Source: Hemiscyllium ocellatum
Taxonomy: Eukaryota
Assembly (NCBI RefSeq): GCF_020745735.1
Contig: NW_026867444.1
Location: 248,001 to 312,000, forward strand
DNA: 64,000 nt
Direction: 5' to 3'
Positions 23,430 through 34,952 of the stretch are shown one piece after another; the stretch's first letter is position 1; the number at the start of each line of letters is the position of its first letter. The notes beneath the pieces are model-generated. The model ran no database searches and was not told the DNA's origin. It saw only the letters and a program-made list of their open reading frames with translations. The position numbers and the translations under genes are program-made.

Positions 23430-24400
23430 GTGCATCCATGTGAGAACTTCAGAATGTTTCCCAGCTCCTGGAATACCATGAGTACAGGAAGTGTGGTCAG
23501 TGACAGCAGTTGGAGCTCCGGGTTTCGGAGGTGGACCAGCAGCTGGTGTCAGTGTGGAGCGTCCGTGAGGCTGAGAGCTCCATGGAGAAACGTTTCTAGA
23601 TGTGGTCACTCCGCCGCTTCAGAGTATGCAGGGAGAGAGGGAATGGGGGAGCAGCAGACAGTCCAAAAGGGCCAGGCAGCTAGTACAGGAATCCCCTGAG
23701 TGTATCCCACTCTCCAGCCAGGATTCAGTTCAGAATCCTGATGAGAATGATGGTTCATCTGGGGAGTGTAGCCAGGGCGAAGTCCCTGGCACCACGGTGG
23801 GGGGGGGGGGCAGCTGTACAGGGGGTCACAAAGAAGACTGGAAGAGTGATAGTGAGAGGAGATTGGAGAGTGAGGGCAGTCGATAGATGTTTCTGCAGCT
23901 GCAGATGGGAATCCAGGATGGTGTGTTGTCTCCCTGGTGCCAGCGTCAAGGATATCACTGAGCGACTGCAGAGCACCCTGAGGGGAGAGGGGGAACAGGC
24001 AGCAGTCGTGGTCCACATCAGTCCCAGTGACAGAGGGAGGAAAGGGATGTGGTCCTGCAGTCAGAGGTTTTGGAGTTTCCTACTTTTAAGTAATCTGGAG
24101 CTTCCTACTTTTGAGTTCCTCCTGCTAATTAGTAGCAGGAACTCAAAAGTAGGAATCTCCAGATTACTCCCAGTGCCCCACGCAAGTGAAGAAGGGCTCA
24201 GGCCCGAAACATCGACTCTCCTGCTCCTTGGATGCTATCTGACCTGCTGCGCTTTTCCAGCAACACATTTGCAGCACCCCACACAAGTGAGAATAGAATC
24301 AGGAGGTGAACACAGGTGATTGCTGGGCTGGAAAGAGGATCCATGAGGGAGGGCTTTAGATTTTTGTGAGGTGGTTTACTACTGTTAGAGAGAGTTTAAA
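23430..24400 (+). mobile_element. CR1 ORF1 fragment (zinc finger/zipper plus esterase) with a small PLE end at ~24185-24275
   Basis: VIVRGD, MVCCLPGASVKDI, VVVHISPSD. gaagaagggctcaggcccgaaacatcgac is a truncated hammerhead/PLE end. Confidence 0.7.
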
Positions 24401-24677
24401 CTAACTTGGCAGGGCTGTGGGAGCCAGGGGCGAATATCAGAGAGGAATAACAAGGACCACAGAATCCTCAGAGTAGTCAATAAGTCACCACACAGTGGGA
24501 AGGATGTGGAGGAATACAAATGCAAGGAATTTACAGAGACCTGCAAATATGATAGAGCCGTTATAAATGGGGGAGGGGGGTCTTTAATTTCTGAATATAG
24601 TGACCAGAGTGGCAAGAGTGTGTTTTGGTGAATTTTCAGGTGGCATTGGTGGATTCGTGGTGGCTCAGGGGTGGGGG

Positions 24678-25316
24678 TCAGCACGGTGGCTCAGTGGTTA
24701 GCACTGCAGCCTTATAGTACCAGGGCCCCAGGTTCGATTCCAGCCTTGGGTGACTGTCTGTGTGGAGTTTGCGCATTCTCCCTGTGTCTGCGTGTTTCTC
24801 CTCCGGGTGCTCTGGTTTCCTTCCACAGTCCAAAGATGTGCAGGTCAGGTGAATTGGCCATGCTAAATTGTCCATAATGTTTGATGCTGAAAATGTGTTG
24901 CTGGTTAAAGCACAGCAGGTCAGGCAGCAGCCAAGGAACAGGAAATTCGAAGTTTCGGGCCAGAGCCCTTCATCAGGAATGAGGAGAGGGTGCCAGGCAG
25001 GCTAAGATAAAAGGTAGGGAGGAGGGACTTGGGGGAGGGGCGATGGAGATGTGATAGGTGGAAGGAGGTCAAGGTGAGGGTGATAGGCCGGAGTGGGGTG
25101 GGGGCAGAGAGGTCAGGAAGAAGATTGCAGGTTAGGAGGGCAATGCTGAGTTCAAGGGAATCGACTGAGATTTCCCTCTCAGTAATGCATCAAACATAGT
25201 GTTTGATGCATTACTGAGAGGGAAATGGGTCTGGGTGGGTTACTCTTCGGAGGATCGGTGTGGACTTGTTGGGCCGAAGGGCCTGTTTCCACACTGTGGA
25301 GAATCTAATCTAATCA
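24678..25316 (+). mobile_element. HE1-type V-SINE interrupted by a PLE fragment
   Basis: SINE head and core at 24678-24887, tail at ~25195-25316 (aatctaatctaatc). The PLE fragment lies between them. Confidence 0.85.
24888..25169 (-). mobile_element. 3' end of a Neptune-type PLE
   Basis: Close reverse-complement match to ~13557-13845. Hammerhead at 24945-24980 with one stem III change (ACTT). Confidence 0.88.
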
Positions 25317-27120
25317 TTGGCAGTGAAGAAGGCTGTCTAAGAATACAATGGAATCTTGACCAACTGGGCCAGTGGGCTGAGGAATGGCAGATGGAGTTTA
25401 ATTCAGATAAATGTGAGTGCTATATTTTGGTAAGACACAAGAGATGGGTGAGATCCTGAACAAATATTTTAGGTCAGTATATATTGTGGGGAAAGCTAAG
25501 GAATTTGGAAAAACAGTGATGTCTTGAAAAGAGAACACATATAAATGAGGAGACGCTAAAGATCTTAAAACACAGATAAACCCTAGGACCTGATCAGGTG
25601 TATCCCAGAACATTGTGGCAACTGGGGAAGAGATTTTTGGGACCCTTGCTGAGATATATGTATCATCGGCAACCATGGATAAGGTGCTGGAGAAACAGAG
25701 AGGTTGGCTAAGATTATGCCATTATTTCAGAAAAGCTGTAAGGAAAAGCAAGGGAACGATAGACCAGTGAGCCTGATGTCAGTGCTGGGTAAGATGTTGG
25801 AGTGGATTCTGTGGGACAGGATTTACATCGTTTGGATAATCAGTGTGGTTTTGTGCATGGGAACTCACGTCTCCTGAATTTGATTCAGGAGGTGACAAAA
25901 AGGATTGATGAAGACAGAACAGTAGACATTGTCAATATGGACTTCAGAGTAAAGCGTTTGACAAGGTTCCACATGATAGACTGGTTAGTTAGGCTAGACC
26001 ACATGGGATCCAGGGGGAGTGAGTCATTGGAGTCAAAAAATTGGCTTGAAGATAGGAGACAGAGAGTGGTGGTAAAAGGTTGCTTTTCAGACTGGAGATC
26101 TGTGAATAGTTGTGTGCCGCAAGGATTGGTACTGAGTCCACAAATGCTTTTCATCATTTAAAGAAATGATTTGGATGGGAATATAGGAGTTATGGTAAGT
26201 TTGTAAATGACACCAAAATTGGTGGGACAGTGGATAGTGAAGAAGATTATCTCAGGGTACAGCAGGACCTTGATCAGATGGGGCAATGGGCAGAAGAGTG
26301 GCAAATGGAATTCAGTTTAGATAAATGTGAGATGTTGCATTTTGGAAAGGCAAACCAGGGCAGGAGTTATACAGTTAATGGGAGGGCCCTGTGGAGTGTT
26401 GCTGAATAACAGACCTAGGGGTGAAGATGCAGGTACATTATTCCTTGAAAGTGGGTCACAGGTAGACAGGGTGATGAAGAAGGTGTTTGGTTTGCTTGCT
26501 TTTGTTCATCACTGCATTGAGTCCAGGAGTTGGACCATCATGTTGCAGCAGTACAGGAGATTGGTGAGGCCACTTTGGGAATGATGTGAACAATCCTATC
26601 ATCCTGAGATAGGAAGGATGTTGTTAAACTTAAAAAGCTGCAGAAAAGACTTACAAGGATGTGGCCAGGATTTGGAGGGTTCGAGCGACAGGGAAAGGCT
26701 GAAGAAACTGGGGCTATATTCCCTGCAGCATCTAAGGCCTCGGGGTGACGTTATAGATGTTTATAAAACCATGACGGGCATGGACTGGGTGTATATTCAA
26801 GGTCTTTTCCGTGGGAAAGGGATTCCAAAACAAGAGGACATAATTTTACGGTGAGAGGCAAAAGATTCAAAAGGGACCTGAGGGGTAACCTGTCACGCAG
26901 AGGGTGGTGTGTGTCTGGATTGAGCTGCCAGAGAAAGTGTTGGAGGCAGATACAGTTACAGCATTTAAAACACATTGGTATGGGTACATGGATAGGTTGG
27001 GTTTTGAGAGGTGTCAGCCAAATGCTGGCAAATGGGATGAGGTCAGTTTAGGATATTTGGTTAGCATGGACAAGTTGGACTGAAAGGTCTGTTTCCACGC
27101 TGTATGACTCCATGACTATG
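25317..27120 (+). mobile_element. Decayed CR1 RT / 3' UTR segments
   Basis: VDIVNMDFR..FDK, CVPQGLVLSP, WQMEFNSDKC. Tail gactccatgactatga. Confidence 0.82.
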
Positions 27121-27289
27121 AGCGGCTGGAAAAGCTGAGACTTCTTACCCTGAAGCGGAAGGTTCTGAGGAGTGACCTTGTAGAGGTTTGGAAAATCATG
27201 AGGGACATAGATAATGTGAAGAATTCTGGAAGGAGGCGAATGTTTTGTAGCGATTGCAAAAATTGTTCCCAAAGATAATTCCAGGGATG

Positions 27290-27735
27290 AGGAACATCAG
27301 TTATGAAGTTTGATTGGAGAATTTGGGACTGTCTTCTTTGGAGAAGGCTGAGAGGAGATTTGTTCAAGGAATTCAAAATCAGGAAGGGCCTGGACAGAGT
27401 AAATAGGGAGAAAATGTTCCCAATTAAGAAAGGATTCAGACCAAGAGACCACAGATTGAAAGTAATTGGGAAAAGGAACAAAATTGAGATGGGGAGCAAC
27501 ATTTTCAGCCAATGAGTGTTAAGGTATGGAATGCACTGCCTGAGAGTGTGGTGGAGGCAGCTTCAATTAAAACATTCCGAAGGGATGAGGCTGTTATTTG
27601 AAAAGGAACAATGTGCAGAGTGACAGGGAGAAGGCAGGAGAATGACACTCAGTGAATTGCTCATTCAGAGAGCCAGTCCAGACAGGATGGGTGGAATGGC
27701 CACCTTGTGCACTGTAACAATTCTGTGATTGTGTG
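27290..27735 (+). mobile_element. CR1 3' fragment
   Basis: RRLRGDLFKEFKIRKGLDRVNREKMFP. Confidence 0.7.
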
Positions 27736-28182
27736 ATTGAGCAGAGTTAAAGCTGGGGGAGGTGGGAGCTCGGTGTCTCACTGTGCTGCTGCTGCTGCTG
27801 CTGCTGATGAGGTCAGTGAGATCAGAGACTGGGACAGGGAGCCAGAGCTCACATCAAAATCTGCCTGTGTCTGTCACACTGAGACTGGCAGGAGGCTGCT
27901 CACTGATTTCACTCCATGCTGCAGGAATGGGACCACAGGCTGAAAATGGACAGAGCTCCTCCACACAGTGAGTAAAACTTACTGACTTCTGTCTTGCTGC
28001 TTAAGCGGGGCAATGGAACGAAAGAAATACAGCAGGACACCCTGTTCGACACAGTGCTCCTCAATCAACCATTTCATTCACTGCAGCTCCCCACTAACAC
28101 CTTCAACAATTCAGCATTTGTGTTTTAGAAAGTGTGTTTCAGTATTGACAGGTTTAATAATAGACAATTGAGGTTTACTTGC

Positions 28183-28217
28183 TCAGTCTGAGTTTGGTTC
28201 CTTTACCAAACGTGTAC
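28183..28217 (-). pseudogene. J segment of cluster B (YTFGKGTKLRL); splice donor GC instead of GT
   Basis: FGxG motif. The donor reads a|gcaagt (28182-28177), versus a|gtaagt in cluster C. Confidence 0.92.
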
Positions 28218-28256
28218 CACAGTGAGAGCTCCCAGTGCAGAGGCTGTATAAAAACC
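28218..28256 (-). promoter_or_regulatory. 23-bp-spacer RSS of J (cluster B)
   Basis: Heptamer CACAGTG 28218-28224, 23-nt spacer, nonamer ATAAAAACC 28248-28256 (one mismatch to ACAAAAACC). Confidence 0.92.
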
Positions 28257-28700
28257 TCTGCTCTCTGCTTCCCCCTGTCACTCTCAACCTCTCCCTGTCT
28301 CTCTCTGTCTCTGTCTATTCTTGGTCAATCTCATTCACTCCCTACCCCTCTCTGTCTCTCCCTCATTCATGTGTCTTTCTCTCTCTGTCTTCCGGGGTTG
28401 TGTCCAGCTACTCTCGGGGGTTTGTGAAATTGAGTTTTCATTGTTAAATTTTGCAGCTGTTCTTCACATGTGGCCATGGAGTGTAAGAGGGAAACTTGAG
28501 GCCTTCAGTGAGCGGTGGACACCACAGGGACTGGAGTGTGTAGTGGACAGTGACAAACCCAGCATGGGGTAATTTGTTCAATTTACTTTATATATAACTA
28601 TGGATGTGTCAGTGCAGGAGATGGGACTGTTTGTCCATTATTATACATTTCATATAACTGTTGGATGTGTCAGTACAGAAGGTGGTGTTGTGCGTGTTGA

Positions 28701-28728
28701 GGTTTTTGTATGGCACTGTATCACTGTA
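28701..28728 (-). promoter_or_regulatory. 12-bp-spacer RSS of V (cluster B), heptamer mutated
   Basis: Heptamer TACAGTG (28728-28722), 12-nt spacer, consensus nonamer ACAAAAACC (28709-28701). Confidence 0.9.
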
Positions 28729-29024
28729 AAGTCTGCTGCTATACTGCTGACAATAATATTCAGCGACATCTTCATTCTGAACGTTGCTGATTGTCAGGGT
28801 GAAACTGGTCCCTGATCCACTGCCGGTGAATCGATCGGAGACTCCTGTGAATCGATTTGTTCCATCATAGATAAGGAGAGAGGGTTTCTGAACTTCTCAC
28901 TGCTGGTACCAAGCAAGGTAGCTGCTAATGCTTTGACTGGTCATCCAGGTGGTGGTTGCAGTCTGGCCCAGTCCCATTAACAGCACCCGGGGAGACTCGG
29001 ACATGATGATGTCCCCACTGATAA
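28729..29024 (-). pseudogene. V exon of cluster B, pseudogenised
   Basis: [48 protein letters not shown]...[35 protein letters not shown]. The first Cys is replaced by Trp, and there is a TGA at 28899-28897 where cluster C has CGA. Confidence 0.94.
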
Positions 29025-29210
29025 CTGAGGGGTCAGAGAGAAACACAGTGAAGTCAGAACTGTCACAGAAAGAGCCTGTCAAATGAGAGATTGTTGGAGA
29101 CACAGAGCATTCTTCTGGTTTCAGCATTTTCCCTTCAATCACAAGTCAGTGGAATTGGAGTGAAATGGGGAGCAGCTAAAGATTCAAGGTGGAAGGAGAG
29201 AGATTTGTAC

Positions 29211-29259
29211 CTGCAACACAGAATGCCAGGGGCCAAATTAACTGGCTGTGTGAAATCAT
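29211..29259 (-). CDS. Leader exon of cluster B (MISHSQLIWPLAFCVA), intact but part of a pseudogene
   Basis: ATG at 29259, donor g|gtacaa. The 186-nt intron is the same length as in cluster C. Confidence 0.9.
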
Positions 29260-29319
29260 GATGTGTGCTCCTGTCCCTGTGCCTGATTCCTGATAAACTC
29301 TCCCTTCACTGGGCTCTGC

Positions 29320-29416
29320 TTTATAAAGCTGCAGCCTGTGAGAGTCTGACTGGATGTTCCTCAGTATGTAAATGGCATCAGGCAGAGAGAGCCACGTCAG
29401 CCCCTCACATTTCCTC
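29320..29416 (-). promoter_or_regulatory. V promoter of cluster B
   Basis: TATAAA 29325-29320, octamer-like ATTTACAT 29373-29366, TGACGT 29399-29394, GAGGAAAT 29416-29409. Same layout in cluster C. Confidence 0.75.
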
Positions 29417-31299
29417 TTCTCTCTCTCCCTCTCTCGCTCTCTCTCTCTCTGAGAATCATTGATGTGAACAACATTGAATGAGGCCATTTGGCCCATTGTG
29501 TCCGTGTGAGTAAACAAAGATCTAATGACACTAATCCCATTCTCCAGCTCTTGGCCCATCACCCTGGAGGCTACAGCAACACAAGGGAATATCTAAACAC
29601 TGCTCCAATGTCACGAGAGTTTGTGACTCAACCAGCCTTTCAGGCAGTGAGTTCCAGACTCCCACCACCCTCTGGGTGAAAACATTTCTCCTCAATTCTC
29701 CTCTCACTCCAATTTGACTGGGCCTGGACTCACTCAAGTTTAGAAGGATGAGAGGGAATCTGATTGAGATGTATAAAATTCTAACAGGGCTGGGCAGAGA
29801 GGAGGTTTCCCCTGGTTGGGAAGTCTGGATTCAGGGGACCCAGTCTCAGGGGGATACAGGGTAGACCATTTTGGACTGAGATGAGGAAACATTTCTTCAC
29901 TCAAAGGGTAGGACAACTGTGGAACCCAAGGAACTGAATAAATTCAAGAAAAAGAGAGAGATAATTGTTTTGCATTTTAACAGCATGAAGGGAATGGGGA
30001 GAAAGCAGGAATATGGTTTTGAGAGAGAGGATCAGCCATGATCATAATGAATGACAGAGCAGACTCAAAGGGCCAAAAGGCCTACTCCAGTTCCGAGCTT
30101 CTATGTGTCCATGTCTGTGTTACCTGGGACACAGGTTATTGAGTCCTTTACTGATATATAAAGTGCCTTCTTACCCACGCTATCACTGCCCCAAATAATC
30201 TTATCCCCCTCTATCATGTCCCCTCTCAGCCTTCACTGCTCCAAGGAAACAATCCCAACCTTTCCAAGATTTCCCCACAGCTGACCCTCCATCCCAGGCA
30301 GCATCTTGGTAAATCTCTGCACCCTCTCAAGTACAATCACATCCTTCTCAGAATGTGGTGACCAGGACCTATCCACCTCTCTCTCTCTCTGTCTCACATC
30401 TGCCACTTCTTTCTCTCTATCCCTCTCTCTCCTACCATTAATCTCTTTCATGTTCTCGCTCTCTCTCACTCTATCTCATAGCCACTCTCCCCAATTCACT
30501 CATGCTTTCTCACTCCATCTCATAATCTTTATTTTTACATCTCTCACTGTCTCCATAACTCCTTCCCTCTCTCGCTTCAATTTAGATCCTCTGTTATCTC
30601 TCCTCTCCATACCTCCCTCTGTCTCTCTCCCTCCCTCTCTGTATTCCCAAATCTACAATCGTACTCCCTCCCTCTCTGTCATTCTGTTTTTAATCATACT
30701 CATGTCTCTCACTTTCTCTCTCTCTCTCTCTCTGGCGCGCATACACACACACACACACACACACACGTACAGACACTCACCCGTTGTCTCTGACTCACTT
30801 CTCTCTCTTTCTCACAGTGTCCCAGGTTGTGGCAGTTGAATTCAGGATGGATCTCCCTCTCTCTGCCCCACTCATGGATGTTAACCCTTGACCCCAGAAG
30901 CATGTTTTCTCCTGGAGTAAGGCCCCATTTTCCACATTGACCTGGATTTGGCCTCTCTCAGAAAGATGGCTAGATTCTTGTCAAATGAAGGGCAGTTCTG
31001 TGCTGTTGGCCTGTTCTCACTGGGGACTGGTTTGGACACAAAGCTCATTCCATGAAGGCCCAGCAGAGAGAGGAGATCCTCAGGCCATCAGTGTGAGCTG
31101 GAGGGAAAGCACAAGATCTGACCCCCTGATCCAGCATGTCCATTCACAACATTTTCCAATCCCTTCCCCTCTCCTACCCCTCTCCTTCCCTTTCCATGAT
31201 CAGTCTCTGAGTCAGGGTGTTTTACTGGGATACGGGTTGAACCATTATACAGTTACAACAGAAAGGAACTGAACCCCACACTCACCTTGGAGTCCATGA

Positions 31300-32975
31300 T
31301 GCACTGGACTCTCCTACAGAGTCCAGTAAACATGACCTCCTTCCTGCAGGAGCCTCCACTAGAGACCAGTAAACATTGGTCTCCTTCTGACTGGACTCTC
31401 CAAAGGAGACCAGTAAACATGTATCTCTTTCGGACTGGATCGTCTAGTAAAGAACAGTAAACATGGACCTCCTTCCTGCTGGAACCTCCAACACAGACCA
31501 GTAACCATGGATCTCCTTCTGACTGGATCCTCCAAGACAGATCAGTAAATATGGGCCTCCTAATTACTGGAACTTCCAATAGAGATGAGTCGATGGTTGA
31601 GTTTTTGAAGAAGGAAGCAAGAAGATAGGTAAAGATAGAGTAGTACACTCTGTCTACATGGAGTTAATACAAGGTTCCCTATGGTAGACTGCTCAGTAAG
31701 ATTATATCACATAGGATCCAGGGACAGCTCACCAATTGGATATGAAATTGTCCTGATGATAGGAGGCTGAGGCTGGTGAGAGAAGGTTGTTCTTCAGACT
31801 GGAGGCCAGTGACCAACTGTCTGTCACAAGAATCGATCATGGATCCACTGTTGTTCATATTTTATGTGAACAATTTGGATGAGAAAATAGCAGGAATGGT
31901 CAGTAAGTTTGTGGCTGATGTTAAAATTGTTGGCATAGTGGACAGGGAAGAAGGTTATCCAAGAGTGCAATGTCATCTTGATCAACTGGGCCAGTGGATC
32001 AACAAATCCAGATGGAAATTTTGATAAATGGAAGGAGTTGCATTTTGGGAAGACAAATCAGGGCAGAAATTACACAATTAATGGTAGAGCCATGGGGAGT
32101 GTTGTTGAACAGAGAGTCTGAGGGGTACAGGTACATAGTTCCTTGGAAGTGGGGTCACAGGTAGACAGGGTGGTGAAGAAGGTATTTGGCACGCCATCTT
32201 CACTGGTCAAAGCAGGGAGTATAGGAGCTGGGACATCATGTTACAGCTGTACAAGGCATTGGGAAGGCCACATTTGGACACAGTACATTTCTGCTCACCC
32301 TGCTATAGGAAGGAAGTTATGACAGTGGTTTGAATAAAAGAAAGATTAACAGGGATGTTATCAAGATTGGAGGATTTGAATTACAAGATGAGGATGAATA
32401 GGCCAAGATGTTTTTCCAGGGAATGCAGGAGATTGAGGGGTGACCTTATAGAGGTTGTGGAATTAGGAGGGTCATAGATAAGGTGAATAGTCAAAGTCTC
32501 TTCCCCAGGGTAGGAGAGTCCAGTACTAGAAGGAGTAGGTTTACGTTGAGAGGGGAAAGAATTAGTAGGAAACTGAGGGGCAACATTTTCACACAGAGGT
32601 TAGTGTGTATGTGTAATGAGCTGACAGAAGAATTCGTAGAGGTGAGTACAATTACTATATTTCAAGGACATTTTTACAGGAACATGGATAGGAAAGATTA
32701 GAGAGAATTGGGCCAAACACATGCAAATGGGACTAGTTCAGTTTTGGATACTTGGTCGGCATGGATGAGTTGAGCTGAACGGCCTGATCCCATGCTGTAA
32801 ACCTCTATGACTCTTTGGTGATATATACATGGGACACTTTCCCATAGAACCAGTAAACATGGACCTCTTTCCACTGGAACCTCCAATAGACACCAATAAA
32901 CAGGGACCTCCTTCCCATTGGATGCTCCAGAAGAGACTAGTAAACATGGTCCTCCTTCCCTCAGGACTGGCCAGC
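31300..32975. repeat. 44-bp minisatellite (about 6.5 + 3 units) split by a CR1 fragment at ~31590-32815
   Basis: The anchor cagtaaac (or a variant) recurs at 31324, 31367, 31411, 31455, 31499, 31543 and at 32851, 32894, 32938. Confidence 0.85.
31590..32815 (+). mobile_element. CR1 RT / 3' fragment
   Basis: YVNNLDEKIAGMVSKFVADVKIVG, SRKLRGNIFTQRLV. Confidence 0.82.
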
Positions 32976-34952
32976 ACCTGAGCTACAACTCCGACATCCT
33001 CTCCATCATGTAGGTCTCTTATTTCAATCTCAACAACATTGTCTCTGCGTTACTTCGGCCCCTTGACCACAGAAACCCTAATTCCTGCTCGTCCTGCCTC
33101 CTAAATCTATGATTCCAATGTCCTGTCCCAGCTTCCTAAAGCCATATTCCATAAACTCCAACTTGTCTGATATGGAGTGCGCCTTTCCCTGTCTTATCCA
33201 TCTGTCATTCCAGAATGACCCCTGACCTCACTGCTAGCCAATTGCCTCCATGGCCTCCCCCCTCCCTCCATCTGTGTCCTGCTGCAGACTCACATTCCCT
33301 CCCTCCCCCTTTCATCTTCTGTCTCTGGTCTCCTGCCCATTGCTACTTGCTCCAACCCACCATTGACAGCAGAGCATTCAGACCCCTACAGCATGCTCTC
33401 TGACCTCCTGCCCTTGATCCCTCACCCTCTCAATGGTTGTGCTATTGAGTATACTGTTCAATCCCATCACTTTGGTTCACTGTTCCCTTGCCATTGATTT
33501 GCTGAATTCTTCCTCATCAGTAAATCTAGTCTGGCCTGTTCCTTGAGTTGGTTCAAGAGAGTTTCCCTTGAGAAAACATTCTTCTGTAAACTGGGTTGTC
33601 TGTTTCTCCCAGTCTTTGTGTAAAGGTGAGTCTAAGTGTGTGTAAGCTCTAAAACAGCACAGACAGAAGTCACTGGGCTGATTGTGACTGTTAGTCAAAT
33701 GAGTCCAATGAGTTCCCATTTCCCCAGCCCTTCCTGTATAACTGCAATTATTTCCTTTTCAGCTATTTCTCCAAATGCCCTTTTGAAAGTTGCTGTTGAA
33801 TCCACTTCCACTCACCTTGCAGACAGTCACCATGAACTCGCTGGATAAAAAATGTTCCTATCTTCTCTCTTGTGCTTTAGACTCTTTCTGAAATGTGTGC
33901 CCTTGGGTTACTGACCCTCCTGCCTGGAGAAACAATTTGTCCTGTATTTACTGCATCCAAACTCTCTAATTGTGAATCCCTCATTGAGTGAGACCTATTT
34001 CCAGCACAGGGGGAGAACATTCAGCCTGTCAGGTAAATGCTGTCATTTCATGGAGCAATCCATTCAGTCCCACCCCCTCCCCTACTCGACCCCCAGGGCC
34101 TTGCAGGTTTATTTCCATCAAGAGCCCATCCAATCTGCCATTGCAATCACTGAGTGTCTTCACCTGTCTCACCTGAATGGGCACTAATTTCCAAGACTTT
34201 GCCAATTTCTGCTAAAATCAAAGTTCTTTCTGACATTCCATATCTCTTGCCCAACAGAATGTAAGATAATCTCAAAGGGAAGACAGGATTTTGTCTCCAC
34301 ACGGACTGTGCGGTGGTCACTCTTACTGATACTGTCATGGACAGATACACCAACAGCAGGCAGGTTTGGTGAGGGTGATAGTGAGTATGTTTTTCCCTCT
34401 TGTTGGTTGCCTCACCACCTGTCCCAGGTCCAGTCGAGCATCTGAATCAGGTGGACTTGACCAGCTTGCTCAGTAGTGATGCTTCTGAGCAGCTCTTGAT
34501 GGTGGGCTTTGAATTCCCTTACTCAGGGTATATCCGGCATCATTCCCTCCCTCAGTGCTCCCACCAAGTGTTGTTCAACATGGAGGAGGACTGACTGCTC
34601 AGTTGAGGTTGGAGCGGAGGGCGGTGCTATGTGGTAATCAGCAGGAGGTTTCCTTCCCCATGTTTGACCTGCTGTCATGAGGCTTCATGGGTTCCATAGT
34701 TAATGGTGAGGACTCCCAGGGCAACTCCTTTCTGACTGTACACACCACTGTGTTGCCTCCCCTGCTTGGTCTATCCTGCCAGTTATAAACTGAATGAGGG
34801 ATCAATTCTGTGCAGGTTTCACAGCTTGGAGACAGAGCTGCTGCTGGATTCTGTTTCTGATCTCCGAGTGCAGGCGTGTGTGTTTGTGAGAGAGTGACTG
34901 ACACCTTTTCCAAAACTGTGCTGTTTCTGCAAAAAATAAATCCTAGAACCAG

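Larger units (their letters stand above)
27955..31210 (-). repeat. Inverted paralogous block matching 60425-64000 (promoter, L, V, J and start of J-C intron)
   Basis: Continuous reverse-complement similarity, including shared CR1 fragments and CT/GA-rich tracts. Confidence 0.92.

Noticed and set aside
24678-24750. tRNA gene-like sequences at SINE heads
   Set aside because: They are the tRNA-derived 5' parts of HE1 SINEs, not complete cloverleaf genes.
27779-27970. Isolated heptamers (CACTGTG 27779, CACAGTG 27964, and others)
   Set aside because: For 27964 I found no nonamer at 12 or 23 nt. The others are isolated 7-mers expected by chance and were not all tested.
27762-27971. Signal-peptide-like ORF (MGARCLTVLLLLLLL...) antisense in the J-C intron, ending near a gtgagt donor-like site
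   Set aside because: GTG start, and the hydrophobic run is just a short (CTG)n tract. No further exon is evident.
31300-31585. CRISPR-like appearance of the 44-bp hairpin array
   Set aside because: Vertebrate DNA; the inter-repeat segments are homologous to each other rather than unique spacers; no cas genes.
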